Positions 54,325 through 63,102 of a stretch of 64,000 nt of DNA are shown here, in pieces (the first letter of the stretch is position 1; every line of letters begins with the position of its first letter). Under the pieces are notes generated by a model, which saw only the letters and a program-made list of their open reading frames with translations, had not been told where the DNA came from and searched no databases. Location: IMG/VR virus record IMGVR_UViG_3300032007_000002; one strand, 5' to 3'. This DNA comes from a virus (taxonomy: Duplodnaviria > Heunggongvirae > Uroviricota > Caudoviricetes). The translations under genes were made by a program, and so were the position numbers.

Positions 54325-54361
54325 AAATATAGCAAAAACGGCGGACGCCTGTCCGCCGTTT
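54325..54361 (-). promoter_or_regulatory. Fused terminator + early promoter (motif 54325-54336)
   Basis: AACGGCGGAC...GTCCGCCGTT hairpin. Confidence 0.7.
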
Positions 54362-54364
54362 AGC

Positions 54365-55789
54365 TTACTCCCGTAGTCCCTTGTACTGGACGAAGTCCGA
54401 AAGCGCCTTTATCTTGCCGGGAAGCGCCTTGATCCCGGCGATGACTTCGTGTGCCGACGATAGCCACCTCTGCGTGTTGTTGTCCTTGTACCAGTAGCTG
54501 TGGCGGGATGACGCCGGCTTGATCATCATGTCGCGGGTGGCGTCGTTCTCCCTGGCCGTCTGGAAGTCGTCGTATACGCCCCGCATTGTCTGGTATTTGG
54601 CAATCCTCGGGACATATATCGTGTATGACTCTTTCTCGATGCCGGGACACCCGGAGAAATCGACCTGCACGGTAGCCTCTGCCTTCCTCCACTTCACGCG
54701 CCCGCCGTCAACCTTCGGAAAGCGGTAGCTGAACTTGCAGTTGAGCATGCCGTTCTCGTAGGAGATTGTCGCGCCGGGGAGCATGGCTTCCAGGTCGATT
54801 TCCCTTGCCTTCAGGCGTTCGAGGATGTAGGCCTTGCGTTCGGCGTTGTGCTTGGTTTGCTTTGCATAGCGGTCTCGCTCCAGGCTTTCCTGTTCGGGGG
54901 AAAGCGGAAGATAGACCGGCCCTTCATCGGTCCACTTTACGGCCTTGTGCCAGTCTCTCGGCGCGTCGTTCTCCTTGGCGACCTCGTCGTAGTAGTCGTC
55001 CAGCCGTCGTGTCGCTGCCTCGATTTCCCTGGCGACCATTTCCGGGCTGTCGCACTCGACCACCAGGGCGGTGTTGTCGCGCCCGAACTTGCTGAACATT
55101 TCCGGCGCGGTTACCGCATCGGGGAACATCCGTTTGAGTATCTCGTATTCGTTGTACGAGTTGCGGAAGTCCGGCCCGATTACGATCCAGAGTTTCTTCG
55201 TGTCGTATGATGTCACCAGCGACACGTAGAAATAGGTGAGGTTGCTCGGGAGGCGGAAGTCCCGGAGTTCCTTGTCGTAGATGCGGAGTTTCCAGTGGTG
55301 GCGTTCCAGGCTGTAGGGATTCTGGTCCCACGGCCACGCGACCGTATGGCGGACAATCTCCGGCTTGTGAATGAACATCGGGATGGTCTTCAGGCAGTGC
55401 TTGATGAAGTCCGCGTGGACGGTGTCCCATTCCTCCGGCCGCATGACGAGACGGCCGTCCCTGGCCTCCTCCGTGTCCAGCTTGCAGACGGAATGGAGCC
55501 AGGTGACCATGGCTGTGAGCGGGTCCAGGTAGCCGCTGTTCGTTTCCGAGTCGTAAATCTTGCCGTCCATCGTGGCGAGGTAGCGGTTATGGTAGGACTT
55601 GGCCTTGAATACCGTCACCTGGACGGTTGCAAGGCGCCCGTCGATTTCGCCGTCGAGGAATACGTCGCAGCTGCGGTCGCCCACTTCCGCCCGGGTGACT
55701 TTCAGTTCGGGAAGGCGGTCGATTTCCGCCTGCATCTGCTGGAGAAACGGTCCCGCCTTTACGAGCTCGCTTCCGGTATAGACTTTCAT
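54365..55789 (-). CDS. Hypothetical protein
   Basis: 474 aa ORF. Confidence 0.7.
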   Translation of the reverse strand: MKVYTGSELVKAGPFLQQMQAEIDRLPELKVTRAEVGDRSCDVFLDGEIDGRLATVQVTVFKAKSYHNRYLATMDGKIYDSETNSGYLDPLTAMVTWLHSVCKLDTEEARDGRLVMRPEEWDTVHADFIKHCLKTIPMFIHKPEIVRHTVAWPWDQNPYSLERHHWKLRIYDKELRDFRLPSNLTYFYVSLVTSYDTKKLWIVIGPDFRNSYNEYEILKRMFPDAVTAPEMFSKFGRDNTALVVECDSPEMVAREIEAATRRLDDYYDEVAKENDAPRDWHKAVKWTDEGPVYLPLSPEQESLERDRYAKQTKHNAERKAYILERLKAREIDLEAMLPGATISYENGMLNCKFSYRFPKVDGGRVKWRKAEATVQVDFSGCPGIEKESYTIYVPRIAKYQTMRGVYDDFQTARENDATRDMMIKPASSRHSYWYKDNNTQRWLSSAHEVIAGIKALPGKIKALSDFVQYKGLRE

Positions 55790-55793
55790 TCGC

Positions 55794-56135
55794 TTATTCC
55801 TTGATGAGGAGGCTCTCCGCGATCGTGCTCGGGATGAGGAACTTGTCGTCGATGAAGCTGCCGATGCCGCGCACGATCTTGTCCGTGATTACGAGCCTTA
55901 CCGGCTTGCCCTTGATATCGGACCACCTGCTCACGCCGATTGTCTCCATGAGGGGGATGACGAACTCGGCGGGGAGGCCGAATTGGCTTCCTCCGCGGTC
56001 CGCGATCTTGAACGTGAAACGGACCTGCGGGCCGTCCTCGAGGTCGATGTCGGCCTCGGTGATGAGCGCGTTGGGGAAGGTTGCCCCGCGCTTGAAGGCG
56101 CACTGGCGGGCCGATGTTACGATGTCTGGTTTCAT
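55794..56135 (-). CDS. Hypothetical protein, paralogous to the C-terminus of 57267-57881
   Basis: AAGGAG RBS; shared P.ME..G...W.D...GIG...DKFL.PS. Confidence 0.6.
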   Translation of the reverse strand: MKPDIVTSARQCAFKRGATFPNALITEADIDLEDGPQVRFTFKIADRGGSQFGLPAEFVIPLMETIGVSRWSDIKGKPVRLVITDKIVRGIGSFIDDKFLIPSTIAESLLIKE

Positions 56136-56146
56136 GTGTGTTCTCC

Positions 56147-57001
56147 TTATTTTCCTTCGATGTATTTCTTGAGCGCCTGCGCTTCCGGGTGCTTCTGTTC
56201 TGCCTTTTTCAGGTAGTTCATCGTGTGCAGGGCGAGGCACTTGCAGAACCTGGCCGATACCCCGTGGTGCGACTGGAGACTTTCGGACTGTTCCTCGAAT
56301 GCCCTGCCGGTGATGCCGTGGCACGACTGTCTCTTCTGCTCGAAGCCGCGCCATAAGCGGTCGTACATGTTGCAGCACTCGATGTTCGTTTCGGAGCGGC
56401 CGATAATCATGCCGTCCTTTTCCAGGTTGCCGCCATAGATGTCCTTCGGCTCCGACCATCCGCAGGGGATGACGACACAGGAGTGCGCCTTGCCTTCCGT
56501 GTCGAACGCGAGGCCGTTCACTTCGGAGAAGCGGATCGATTCCGGCTTGATGCGGTAGGCGTTGTCGTCGTCCCAGTCCGCCTTTTCCAGCGTCTTCGCC
56601 TTGAAGCGGACGGAGAAGTTCTCGCCCCACCCGTCCGAAATCTGGCCGTCCAGGTCCCTGATAAGGTTGTCGATGTAGGGTTTCAGCTCGGCGAACGTGC
56701 GGATATCCTCGTTGATTGTCGCCGTGAAGCAGACATACAGGTCCCCGTAGCGCATGGTGACGTGCTGGGTGATTTCGATAATCTTTTCCTGGAGTTCCTT
56801 TGGCGTGTGGTGGAGGCAGGTCGCCAGGGAGAGCTGCGTGTCGAAGTCGAAGTTTGCCATCTTCGTTTCGAGGAGCTCGATAAGTTTCAGTTTCTTCTCG
56901 GCGGTGACGTCGATGTATTCCAGGTCGGCCACCCTGTTGATGAAGAGCGGGGAAAAGAAACGGATTTGCGTCTGGTAGAAAGATCTTCCAATTCTTCCCA
57001 T
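56147..57001 (-). CDS. Hypothetical protein
   Basis: 284 aa ORF; GQISDGWGENF. Confidence 0.65.
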   Translation of the reverse strand: MGRIGRSFYQTQIRFFSPLFINRVADLEYIDVTAEKKLKLIELLETKMANFDFDTQLSLATCLHHTPKELQEKIIEITQHVTMRYGDLYVCFTATINEDIRTFAELKPYIDNLIRDLDGQISDGWGENFSVRFKAKTLEKADWDDDNAYRIKPESIRFSEVNGLAFDTEGKAHSCVVIPCGWSEPKDIYGGNLEKDGMIIGRSETNIECCNMYDRLWRGFEQKRQSCHGITGRAFEEQSESLQSHHGVSARFCKCLALHTMNYLKKAEQKHPEAQALKKYIEGK

Positions 57002-57029
57002 TTGGTCATGTCCTCATAAAAATGTTTCG

Positions 57030-57248
57030 TTACTTGACTTCCACGCACTGGTAGTTGAAAAACACTGACCGTTCACGGCTGTTGCCGTTTGCCTTTGTAA
57101 GAAAAATTTCCGTTCCGGCATCCTTGATGTACTGTTCGCCGGCCCTTATGCACGTCGCCTTGGAGCTGAACCCGGGCACGGTTACCGAAGTGGCTGCATC
57201 GCTGGATTGCGGCATCCACCAAAATGCTAAAATGACTAAAGTCCACAT
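57030..57248 (-). CDS. Small secreted/membrane protein
   Basis: Hydrophobic N-terminus, FSSKATC..C pattern. Confidence 0.55.
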   Translation of the reverse strand: MWTLVILAFWWMPQSSDAATSVTVPGFSSKATCIRAGEQYIKDAGTEIFLTKANGNSRERSVFFNYQCVEVK

Positions 57249-57266
57249 ATACGGATTGCCTCCCTG

Positions 57267-57881
57267 TTATGCCTTCTTCATGCTGCTGGGGACGAGGAAC
57301 TTGTCTTCCGTGGCGTGGCCGATTCCGTAGACGAAGCCGTCCACGGACACCGCGCGGATGCGGACGCGGCCCATGTCGGTCCAGTGTTCGGCGCCCACGG
57401 CTTCCATTACCGGGAACAGCATGTCCGACCAGAGACGGTAGACCACGTCGCGGTGGGTGTCGAGGGTGAGTTTGAGGTTGACGGTCTTCTCGCTGAAGTC
57501 GAACGCCGAGATGGATCCGTCGATGAGCTCGAACCCCTCCGCGATGTCCGCCAGCTTGCAGACGGGGGAGCTGGCCTTGCCCTGGAGGTCCACGAGCATG
57601 TACTCGACCGGGGTGTTGTCGTCAAGGTTGTCGAAGGCCTCGACGGACGACGAGTTCAGCTTGAACGCGTCCACGATGTCCTTCGCCGTCGGGTGTTCGC
57701 CCGTGCCGAGGCCGCGGTCTTCCGAGCCGTTGGCGCCCCAGGCCCACATGCCGGTGAAGTAGGCACGCTTGCATTCCCCGGCGTAGTCCTTTTCCACCGC
57801 GTCGATGAAGTCCTGGTTGATGGCGTAGCCGGTCCAGAGGACTTCCGGCTTGCCCGTGCTTTTCTTGATGAGTGCCTTCAT
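57267..57881 (-). CDS. Hypothetical protein
   Basis: AAGGA RBS downstream of promoter. Confidence 0.65.
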   Translation of the reverse strand: MKALIKKSTGKPEVLWTGYAINQDFIDAVEKDYAGECKRAYFTGMWAWGANGSEDRGLGTGEHPTAKDIVDAFKLNSSSVEAFDNLDDNTPVEYMLVDLQGKASSPVCKLADIAEGFELIDGSISAFDFSEKTVNLKLTLDTHRDVVYRLWSDMLFPVMEAVGAEHWTDMGRVRIRAVSVDGFVYGIGHATEDKFLVPSSMKKA

Positions 57882-57927
57882 GTTAAAATTCCTTTTCTCC
57901 GGGAGGACCACTCCTCCCTTTGGTTTG

Positions 57928-57939
57928 AAATATAGCAAA
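57928..57939 (-). promoter_or_regulatory. Early promoter motif
   Basis: Exact copy. Confidence 0.75.
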
Positions 57940-57941
57940 AA

Positions 57942-58523
57942 CTATTTGACGGCCTCGATGGACACGATCGCCTCCTTGACGAACCGGTCCGCGTTCTTGT
58001 TTTCCAGGTAGTCCTTCACCATCGGCCGGAGGAGGTCCGGGTTGAAGTCGACGAGCCGGAGGATGAACGTGTTGAACTCCTGCTCGCTCATCTTCCCCCT
58101 CCGCCGCTTCTTGGTCGCCTCGTCCATGATGCGCCGGACCGCGTAGGACGGGTCCTTGACGTTCCCCGTCCACCGGGAGACGTCCCCGAGCTTGATCGTC
58201 CCGAAGCGTCCCGTGTGGAACGCCTTCAGCTCCCCGAGCACGACCATGTCCCCGCCGATTAAGTATGTGCCGCCGGTGCCCGGCCCCATCGGCCGCAGGG
58301 CCGCGTTGAAGCAGAGGGCGGTACCGGTGCTCAGCACCTTCCCCTTGAGGTCCTTCCCGAACTGCTCCATGTCGGCCTCGTGGATCCGGTCAATTATGGC
58401 GTCGCGCTGTTCGTCCAGCTTCCGCATTTCGTCTTCCAGCAGGTTGGCCTCGCCGAGCATTTCGGCCCTGGCCTTCCTGTATTCCTCGTCGCCCGATACG
58501 GCGTAGTCAATCTCTTTCAGCAT
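57942..58523 (-). CDS. Hypothetical protein
   Basis: GGAG RBS. Confidence 0.6.
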   Translation of the reverse strand: MLKEIDYAVSGDEEYRKARAEMLGEANLLEDEMRKLDEQRDAIIDRIHEADMEQFGKDLKGKVLSTGTALCFNAALRPMGPGTGGTYLIGGDMVVLGELKAFHTGRFGTIKLGDVSRWTGNVKDPSYAVRRIMDEATKKRRRGKMSEQEFNTFILRLVDFNPDLLRPMVKDYLENKNADRFVKEAIVSIEAVK

Positions 58524-58524
58524 G

Positions 58525-58767
58525 TCACAGCTCCCTTGTAGATGCGATACCGAACAGCTTCTTGTACAGATGCTGCCAGTCCAGACGCCCGGCGATGCCC
58601 GTCACCGGGTCCCCGTAGGTTATCCAGTCCACCTCGGACTTGTATATGGTCGTCCCGCCGAGCGTGATGTGGCTGTCCGTGTGCAGGACGGCGTCCGGGT
58701 TGACGAAGCGGGCCATCCGCCCGTCCCCCTTCCCGTCCTTGAACTTGATGAGTATGGTCTCGTTCAT
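58525..58767 (-). CDS. Hypothetical protein
   Basis: TGATG coupling. Confidence 0.5.
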   Translation of the reverse strand: MNETILIKFKDGKGDGRMARFVNPDAVLHTDSHITLGGTTIYKSEVDWITYGDPVTGIAGRLDWQHLYKKLFGIASTREL

Positions 58768-59633
58768 CACTTCCCGCCCTTCCATCCCGGGAACCCGGCC
58801 ATGTCGAATACGCGGGCCGTCGAGAAGTACGCCACCTCGTTGGCGCATGCCTTCCCCGTCTCCGGGTTCATCCATGAGTCGTTCCCGCGGTAGATGGACT
58901 CGCACGCCTTGGACGCGTTTCTGAACACCGTGAGGTAGGTCTCCCCTTCCGAGAGGTTCCTGCGGCTCTCCTCCGTGTTCGGGATGAAGAACGTGCTGAA
59001 GCTGCCCGGGTAGACTTCCCCTGTGGCTTCCGCGATGATGCCGTCCGCGCCCTTCTCCGCGAAGTGCTCCGCGAGCCTCTCCCCGTCCGCCCGGCATATA
59101 CTCGCCGCGATCGCCTCGGAGAGGAGGGACTTCACCCCGTCCATCATCTCCTCCGCCGTCTTCCCGGCAGCGGCCAGACCCGAGAGCCGTGCGCAGATTG
59201 TCCCGGCGAACTCCCTGATGGCTTCCTTCGCCTTCTCCGGCTTGTCTATCCTGACGCTCCCGTCCGTGAGGCCCTTGAAGAAGTCCGACGCGAATGCGAG
59301 GATCTCCGGGGTCTCCTTCCCCTCGCTCGTCAGCCGCCTGTACTGGTCGAACATGTCCTTCGCGAAGTCCCGGACGGTGTCCTCCTTCGGCGTCTGCCCG
59401 TCCAGGTCCTCCAGCGCCCCGAGGAGGACTTCCCTGATGCAGTCCGGGCAGAGGTCCGGGTCCGGGGTGCTGCCCCCGTGCCAGATGTCCAGCGTGAACC
59501 TCACCTCGCAGTAGTTCGCCCTGCCCATCGCGTAGGGGAGTATCTTCGGCCACGAGTGCCTCACCTTGATGCGCTTCTCGAAGACCTTGCCGCACTTGTC
59601 GCAGCTGTATGTGGGATGGTTGATTGTCGCCAT
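58767..59633 (-). CDS. Hypothetical protein with N-terminal CxxC...CxxC zinc ribbon
   Basis: CDKCG ... DLCPDC. Confidence 0.65.
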   Translation of the reverse strand: MATINHPTYSCDKCGKVFEKRIKVRHSWPKILPYAMGRANYCEVRFTLDIWHGGSTPDPDLCPDCIREVLLGALEDLDGQTPKEDTVRDFAKDMFDQYRRLTSEGKETPEILAFASDFFKGLTDGSVRIDKPEKAKEAIREFAGTICARLSGLAAAGKTAEEMMDGVKSLLSEAIAASICRADGERLAEHFAEKGADGIIAEATGEVYPGSFSTFFIPNTEESRRNLSEGETYLTVFRNASKACESIYRGNDSWMNPETGKACANEVAYFSTARVFDMAGFPGWKGGK

Positions 59634-59663
59634 TGTACGTTTCCTTTTGTAAAAAATTTTTAA

Positions 59664-60401
59664 CTATGTCTCTTTGGTTGTCAGTTCGTTCCACCGCGTG
59701 ACCAGCAGCTCGGGATAGCAGGCCTCCATGCCCTCGTACATCCCCACGCTGAACGCGTCGTTCACTTCAACCAGGGCGGTCTCCCCGGTCTCCAGCACCC
59801 CCACGTCCAGGCAGTATGCGCCCGGCGCCCCGGCCTCCCCGTAGTCCCTGGCCATCTGCCCGACTACGCCCATGTCCACTTTGGCTCCCCGGTCCCCGTC
59901 ATACCAGCAGCAGCCCCGGGCTTCCCCACGGATCACCGGGACCCGGTATTCCGACACCCAGCGCACCGGCTCCGAGCAGTAGATTTCCACGCTCCCGCCC
60001 ACGGTCCCCAGCGGGGCCAGGTCGTCCATGGTGCCCACCATCCGCCCGGTGAAGCGCTTCACCCTGCGGAGGGGCTTGATGAACACCGGGGCTATCTCCC
60101 CGTCCTCCTCCACCTTCTCCCGGATGCGCTTCAGGCTGGACTGCCACACGTTCCGGTAGAGGTACTTGGAGAGGCTCGCCGGGTAGTCGTCGTGCCGGTA
60201 GTCGTACACCCCTAACTGTTTCAGCGCCGGTAGCGTCACCTGCAGTCCGCCCGCAACGAAGTCCCCGGGGAAAAGGATTATCCTCCGCTGCCGGATCTCC
60301 TTCGCGTGGAACGGGACGTAGTTCCCCTCGCCGAAGAACTCGGCAAGGCGGGCCTCCTCCCTGGCGAACGTCGAGTTGTCATTCACCTGGAGGTAGTTCA
60401 C
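59664..60401 (-). CDS. ATP-grasp domain protein (DUF4343/R2K-like)
   Basis: DYP..L, PVFIKP..KRFTG, SEYR, LDVG..LVEVND. Confidence 0.75.
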   Translation of the reverse strand: MNYLQVNDNSTFAREEARLAEFFGEGNYVPFHAKEIRQRRIILFPGDFVAGGLQVTLPALKQLGVYDYRHDDYPASLSKYLYRNVWQSSLKRIREKVEEDGEIAPVFIKPLRRVKRFTGRMVGTMDDLAPLGTVGGSVEIYCSEPVRWVSEYRVPVIRGEARGCCWYDGDRGAKVDMGVVGQMARDYGEAGAPGAYCLDVGVLETGETALVEVNDAFSVGMYEGMEACYPELLVTRWNELTTKET

Positions 60402-60703
60402 AGCATCCTCCTCTTGCCTTCCGCGACGCCCTTCATCCGTTCCACCTCCCGGTCCAGGTATTCCGACAGCCCGTTGATGGACCCGAACGCCGCCAGCGCC
60501 AGGACGCCCCCGAGGAGGTCCACCGACGCCATCATGTAGCCGACGCCCGCTCCCCCGCACATGTAGTACATCCCCGTCAGCCACGCCGACAGCTTCCTCC
60601 ACCCACGCTTCCTCGCCCGCCTTCCCGGGGCGTAGAGCGCGAGCAGCGCACAGGTGTAGATGAACTCCGACAAAAGCATCGCCCCTATTCCAGGATCCCT
60701 CAT
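60398..60703 (-). CDS. Membrane protein
   Basis: Multiple hydrophobic segments, GGAGGT RBS. Confidence 0.5.
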   Translation of the reverse strand: MRDPGIGAMLLSEFIYTCALLALYAPGRRARKRGWRKLSAWLTGMYYMCGGAGVGYMMASVDLLGGVLALAAFGSINGLSEYLDREVERMKGVAEGKRRML

Positions 60704-61062
60704 TCCAGTACCTCCTTCATTGCGCCGAAACCGGCATATACCCCGTATGGCCACGCCAGGGCCGCGCCGAGTGCCGGCCACAGGCCCCCCGCGTCGTACA
60801 TGGACCCTATCCACGCCCCCTCCGCGCAGAAACCCGCGCAGATTGCAAGCAGCCCGGCCCAACCGTGTCCCCGGAAAGGACGCCTGCACAGCCACATCCC
60901 CCAGGAATACCAGAGGAACAGCAGGAGGACCGTGACCAGCACCGTGAGCCCGTTCACCCCGGAACAGTACGCCGGGGAAAGCGCCAGCACGTCCCCGATG
61001 CCGCAGGGGCACGACTCCACCGCCGACCCCGAACTGTATGCTACCGACTGTACCGACATCAT
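60700..61062 (-). CDS. Membrane protein
   Basis: Three hydrophobic segments, coupled. Confidence 0.55.
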   Translation of the reverse strand: MMSVQSVAYSSGSAVESCPCGIGDVLALSPAYCSGVNGLTVLVTVLLLFLWYSWGMWLCRRPFRGHGWAGLLAICAGFCAEGAWIGSMYDAGGLWPALGAALAWPYGVYAGFGAMKEVLE

Positions 61063-61493
61063 AACTCCCTCACGGGGACGGCGCCCTTCCACCCGTCCGC
61101 CTTCAGCTTGCCGAGGGTGGCACAGAGGCCCTTCTCCCCCAGGTCGTCCACGTCGTTACTATTTGTCCCTATCCCCGGGACGAGGCTGACCGGCATGCGG
61201 AGACCGTGCGCGTATGTGCTCACCTTCCCAGACCCGCAGTCGAGCCGGACGGTGAAGCTGTGGGGGAACAGGTTGCCGTGGATGACTGTCGCGTGGCGGT
61301 ATTCCCTGCCGTCCTTGACGACGCTGGCTATCTGTATATCCGGGTAGTAGGCCCGGACGCATGTGGCAAACTGCTCTCCGTTCATATATTCACCTCCGTT
61401 CATATATCCATCCTTCTTCACCGCGGGATGGTTGCCGAGTCTCTCCCTCACCGCCCCTACCATGCGCTTGCTGTATTCCATCAGGTCCTTCAT
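61059..61493 (-). CDS. Hypothetical protein
   Basis: ATGA coupling; YMNG duplication. Confidence 0.55.
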   Translation of the reverse strand: MKDLMEYSKRMVGAVRERLGNHPAVKKDGYMNGGEYMNGEQFATCVRAYYPDIQIASVVKDGREYRHATVIHGNLFPHSFTVRLDCGSGKVSTYAHGLRMPVSLVPGIGTNSNDVDDLGEKGLCATLGKLKADGWKGAVPVREL

Positions 61494-61885
61494 CCCTTCG
61501 CCTCCTCGTCGGAAAACCACGTGAAGCCCTCCCCGCGGAGGAACTGCTTCAAGTTCCATATAGTAGCCGAACACTTCCCCAGGCTGTCACGGGGGACCTG
61601 CCCCATGTACCTGTTGTACAGGGCCACCGCCTCCGAACCGCACGTATAGGTCCCGTCCTTCACCGCGACGATCCCGCACTCCGTATTCTCCAGCTTCACC
61701 GCCGTCCACGGCTTCCTGACCCCCATGTCCGAACCGGCGGACGATACCACGGAGAGCATGGCAGTCCCCCATCCACAGAAGTCAGTGCCCGCGTTCATCT
61801 CGGGGTCGAGACCCACGTCTATCCCGCTGAGGTAGGCGGTACCCTCCCGGGAGAAACGGTCGTACCAGTATGCTTGTGTGGCCAT
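61490..61885 (-). CDS. Hypothetical protein
   Basis: AGGAG upstream; first gene after promoter 61973. Confidence 0.55.
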   Translation of the reverse strand: MATQAYWYDRFSREGTAYLSGIDVGLDPEMNAGTDFCGWGTAMLSVVSSAGSDMGVRKPWTAVKLENTECGIVAVKDGTYTCGSEAVALYNRYMGQVPRDSLGKCSATIWNLKQFLRGEGFTWFSDEEAKG

Positions 61886-61972
61886 ATAGTATGCAGCTCC
61901 TGTTGCGTAGTGTAAGCGGAATTTCAAAAAATTTCCCACGGCACCGGCAGGACGCCGACACCGGGCAGCACG

Positions 61973-61984
61973 AAATATAGCAAA
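61973..61984 (-). promoter_or_regulatory. Early promoter motif
   Basis: Exact copy. Confidence 0.7.
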
Positions 61985-62124
61985 TATCTCCCCCGCAGGG
62001 ACGGACAGCTTGCCGGGTACTTGCAGGGTGCTTGTCGGGTGGCTGCCGGGTGCGCGGGGAGGAAAATTGAAAAATTTCCGGCCGCCCGGCCCGCCAGGGC
62101 CGCGGCGGCCACCAAGTTCGGTCG

Positions 62125-62166
62125 CTGGCTCGGGACTCGGAAGATCGATCCCTGGCTCGGGACTCG
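62125..62166. repeat. 15 bp direct repeat x2 (CTGGCTCGGGACTCG)
   Basis: Copies at 62125-62139 and 62152-62166. Confidence 0.85.
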
Positions 62167-62441
62167 CCTTGGACCCCTCCAGATGGCGATTTTGAAGCGT
62201 AAAGGGCATGTTTGCCGGAGGCAAGGGGCGTTTTGAAGTCGGAAAAAGGCCGTTCTAGGATGGAAATAAAAACGGAAAGTTAAATGTGCGCGTGTCCGTA
62301 TGAGCACTTGTGCACTTCTGGACCACTGCACCCCCGTGCACCGGCACCCCGCTCCGCGGGACTGGCACTGCACAACTGGGCACCCTCCGGGCCACGACTT
62401 CGCCAGCCCTCCGGGGGACGCCTTCGGGAGGTCTTCCCACG

Positions 62442-62490
62442 GTGTTGATAGGGCGTTGACAGTGTTGATACGGCTTCGGGGGTGTTGATA
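62442..62490. repeat. GTGTTGATA x3 at exact 20 bp period
   Basis: Copies at 62442, 62462, 62482. Confidence 0.85.
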
Positions 62491-62615
62491 AGTCGTCGAG
62501 AAGGCGTTGAGAGGTCCGTGAGACGGATGTGAGACGGCCGTTGTACGGAGTTGACAGAGCAGTCTCGCGGAGCGCCGGTTGAGAAGGGTGTCCCGGAGGG
62601 GTGGGGCGGAGCCCT

Positions 62616-62809
62616 ATGTGACGTGGGGAGGGTGTGGGGAGGTTTCCCGTGATTCCGGCGGAGCCGGGAAGACGTGGGAAGGGGTCCCCCATGTGACGGG
62701 GGATCGGTCGGGAGGGAGTTCCCGTGATTCCGACGGGGTTGTTGGGGTCGGATTTGGGGGAGGTTTACATGTGACGGGGGGAGGGTCGGGAAGGAGTTCC
62801 CGTGATTCC
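62616..62809. repeat. Three 41 bp bipartite repeats ATGTGACG-N20-TTCCCGTGATTCC
   Basis: Copies at 62616-62656, 62691-62731, 62769-62809. Confidence 0.85.
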
Positions 62810-62816
62810 CCTGCCC

Positions 62817-63041
62817 CTACTTCTTCTTGGACGGGGGGAGTTTGCAGAGGATGTCCATGACACCCTTGTAAGTCCGGTCGAGCTCCCTGGTCTTGAGGTC
62901 CAGGTTACGGCGGAGCCGGACGATGTATTCGGCGAGGTCCCTGGGTGTCTGTGTCTCGAGCTGGGCGAGGGACATGGAGTCCATGTCGGGGCCGGTGAAC
63001 TTCTGGGCGAGCCAGTTTCCTAGTTTCGTGAATCCTTCCAT
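62817..63041 (-). CDS. Hypothetical protein
   Basis: AAGGA RBS. Confidence 0.55.
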   Translation of the reverse strand: MEGFTKLGNWLAQKFTGPDMDSMSLAQLETQTPRDLAEYIVRLRRNLDLKTRELDRTYKGVMDILCKLPPSKKK

Positions 63042-63058
63042 AGGGTTCCTTTCATTTG

Positions 63059-63085
63059 AAAAGGGGCCCGGCGATGCCGGGCCCC
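63059..63085 (-). terminator. Hairpin terminator
   Basis: GGGGCCCGGC..GCCGGGCCCC then T-run on minus strand. Confidence 0.6.
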
Positions 63086-63102
63086 GATAATGTAGAAACA
63101 GT

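Noticed and set aside
403-61915. Many long antisense or alternate-frame ORFs (e.g. 403-1443, 9296-10909, 16935-18311, 31989-33293)
   Set aside because: Shadow ORFs expected from high GC3 codon bias opposite well-supported genes
62616-62809. Mini CRISPR array (41 bp units, 34 and 37 bp gaps)
   Set aside because: The unit interiors are variable, the gaps are low-complexity and G-rich, the repeat is not palindromic, and no cas genes are nearby
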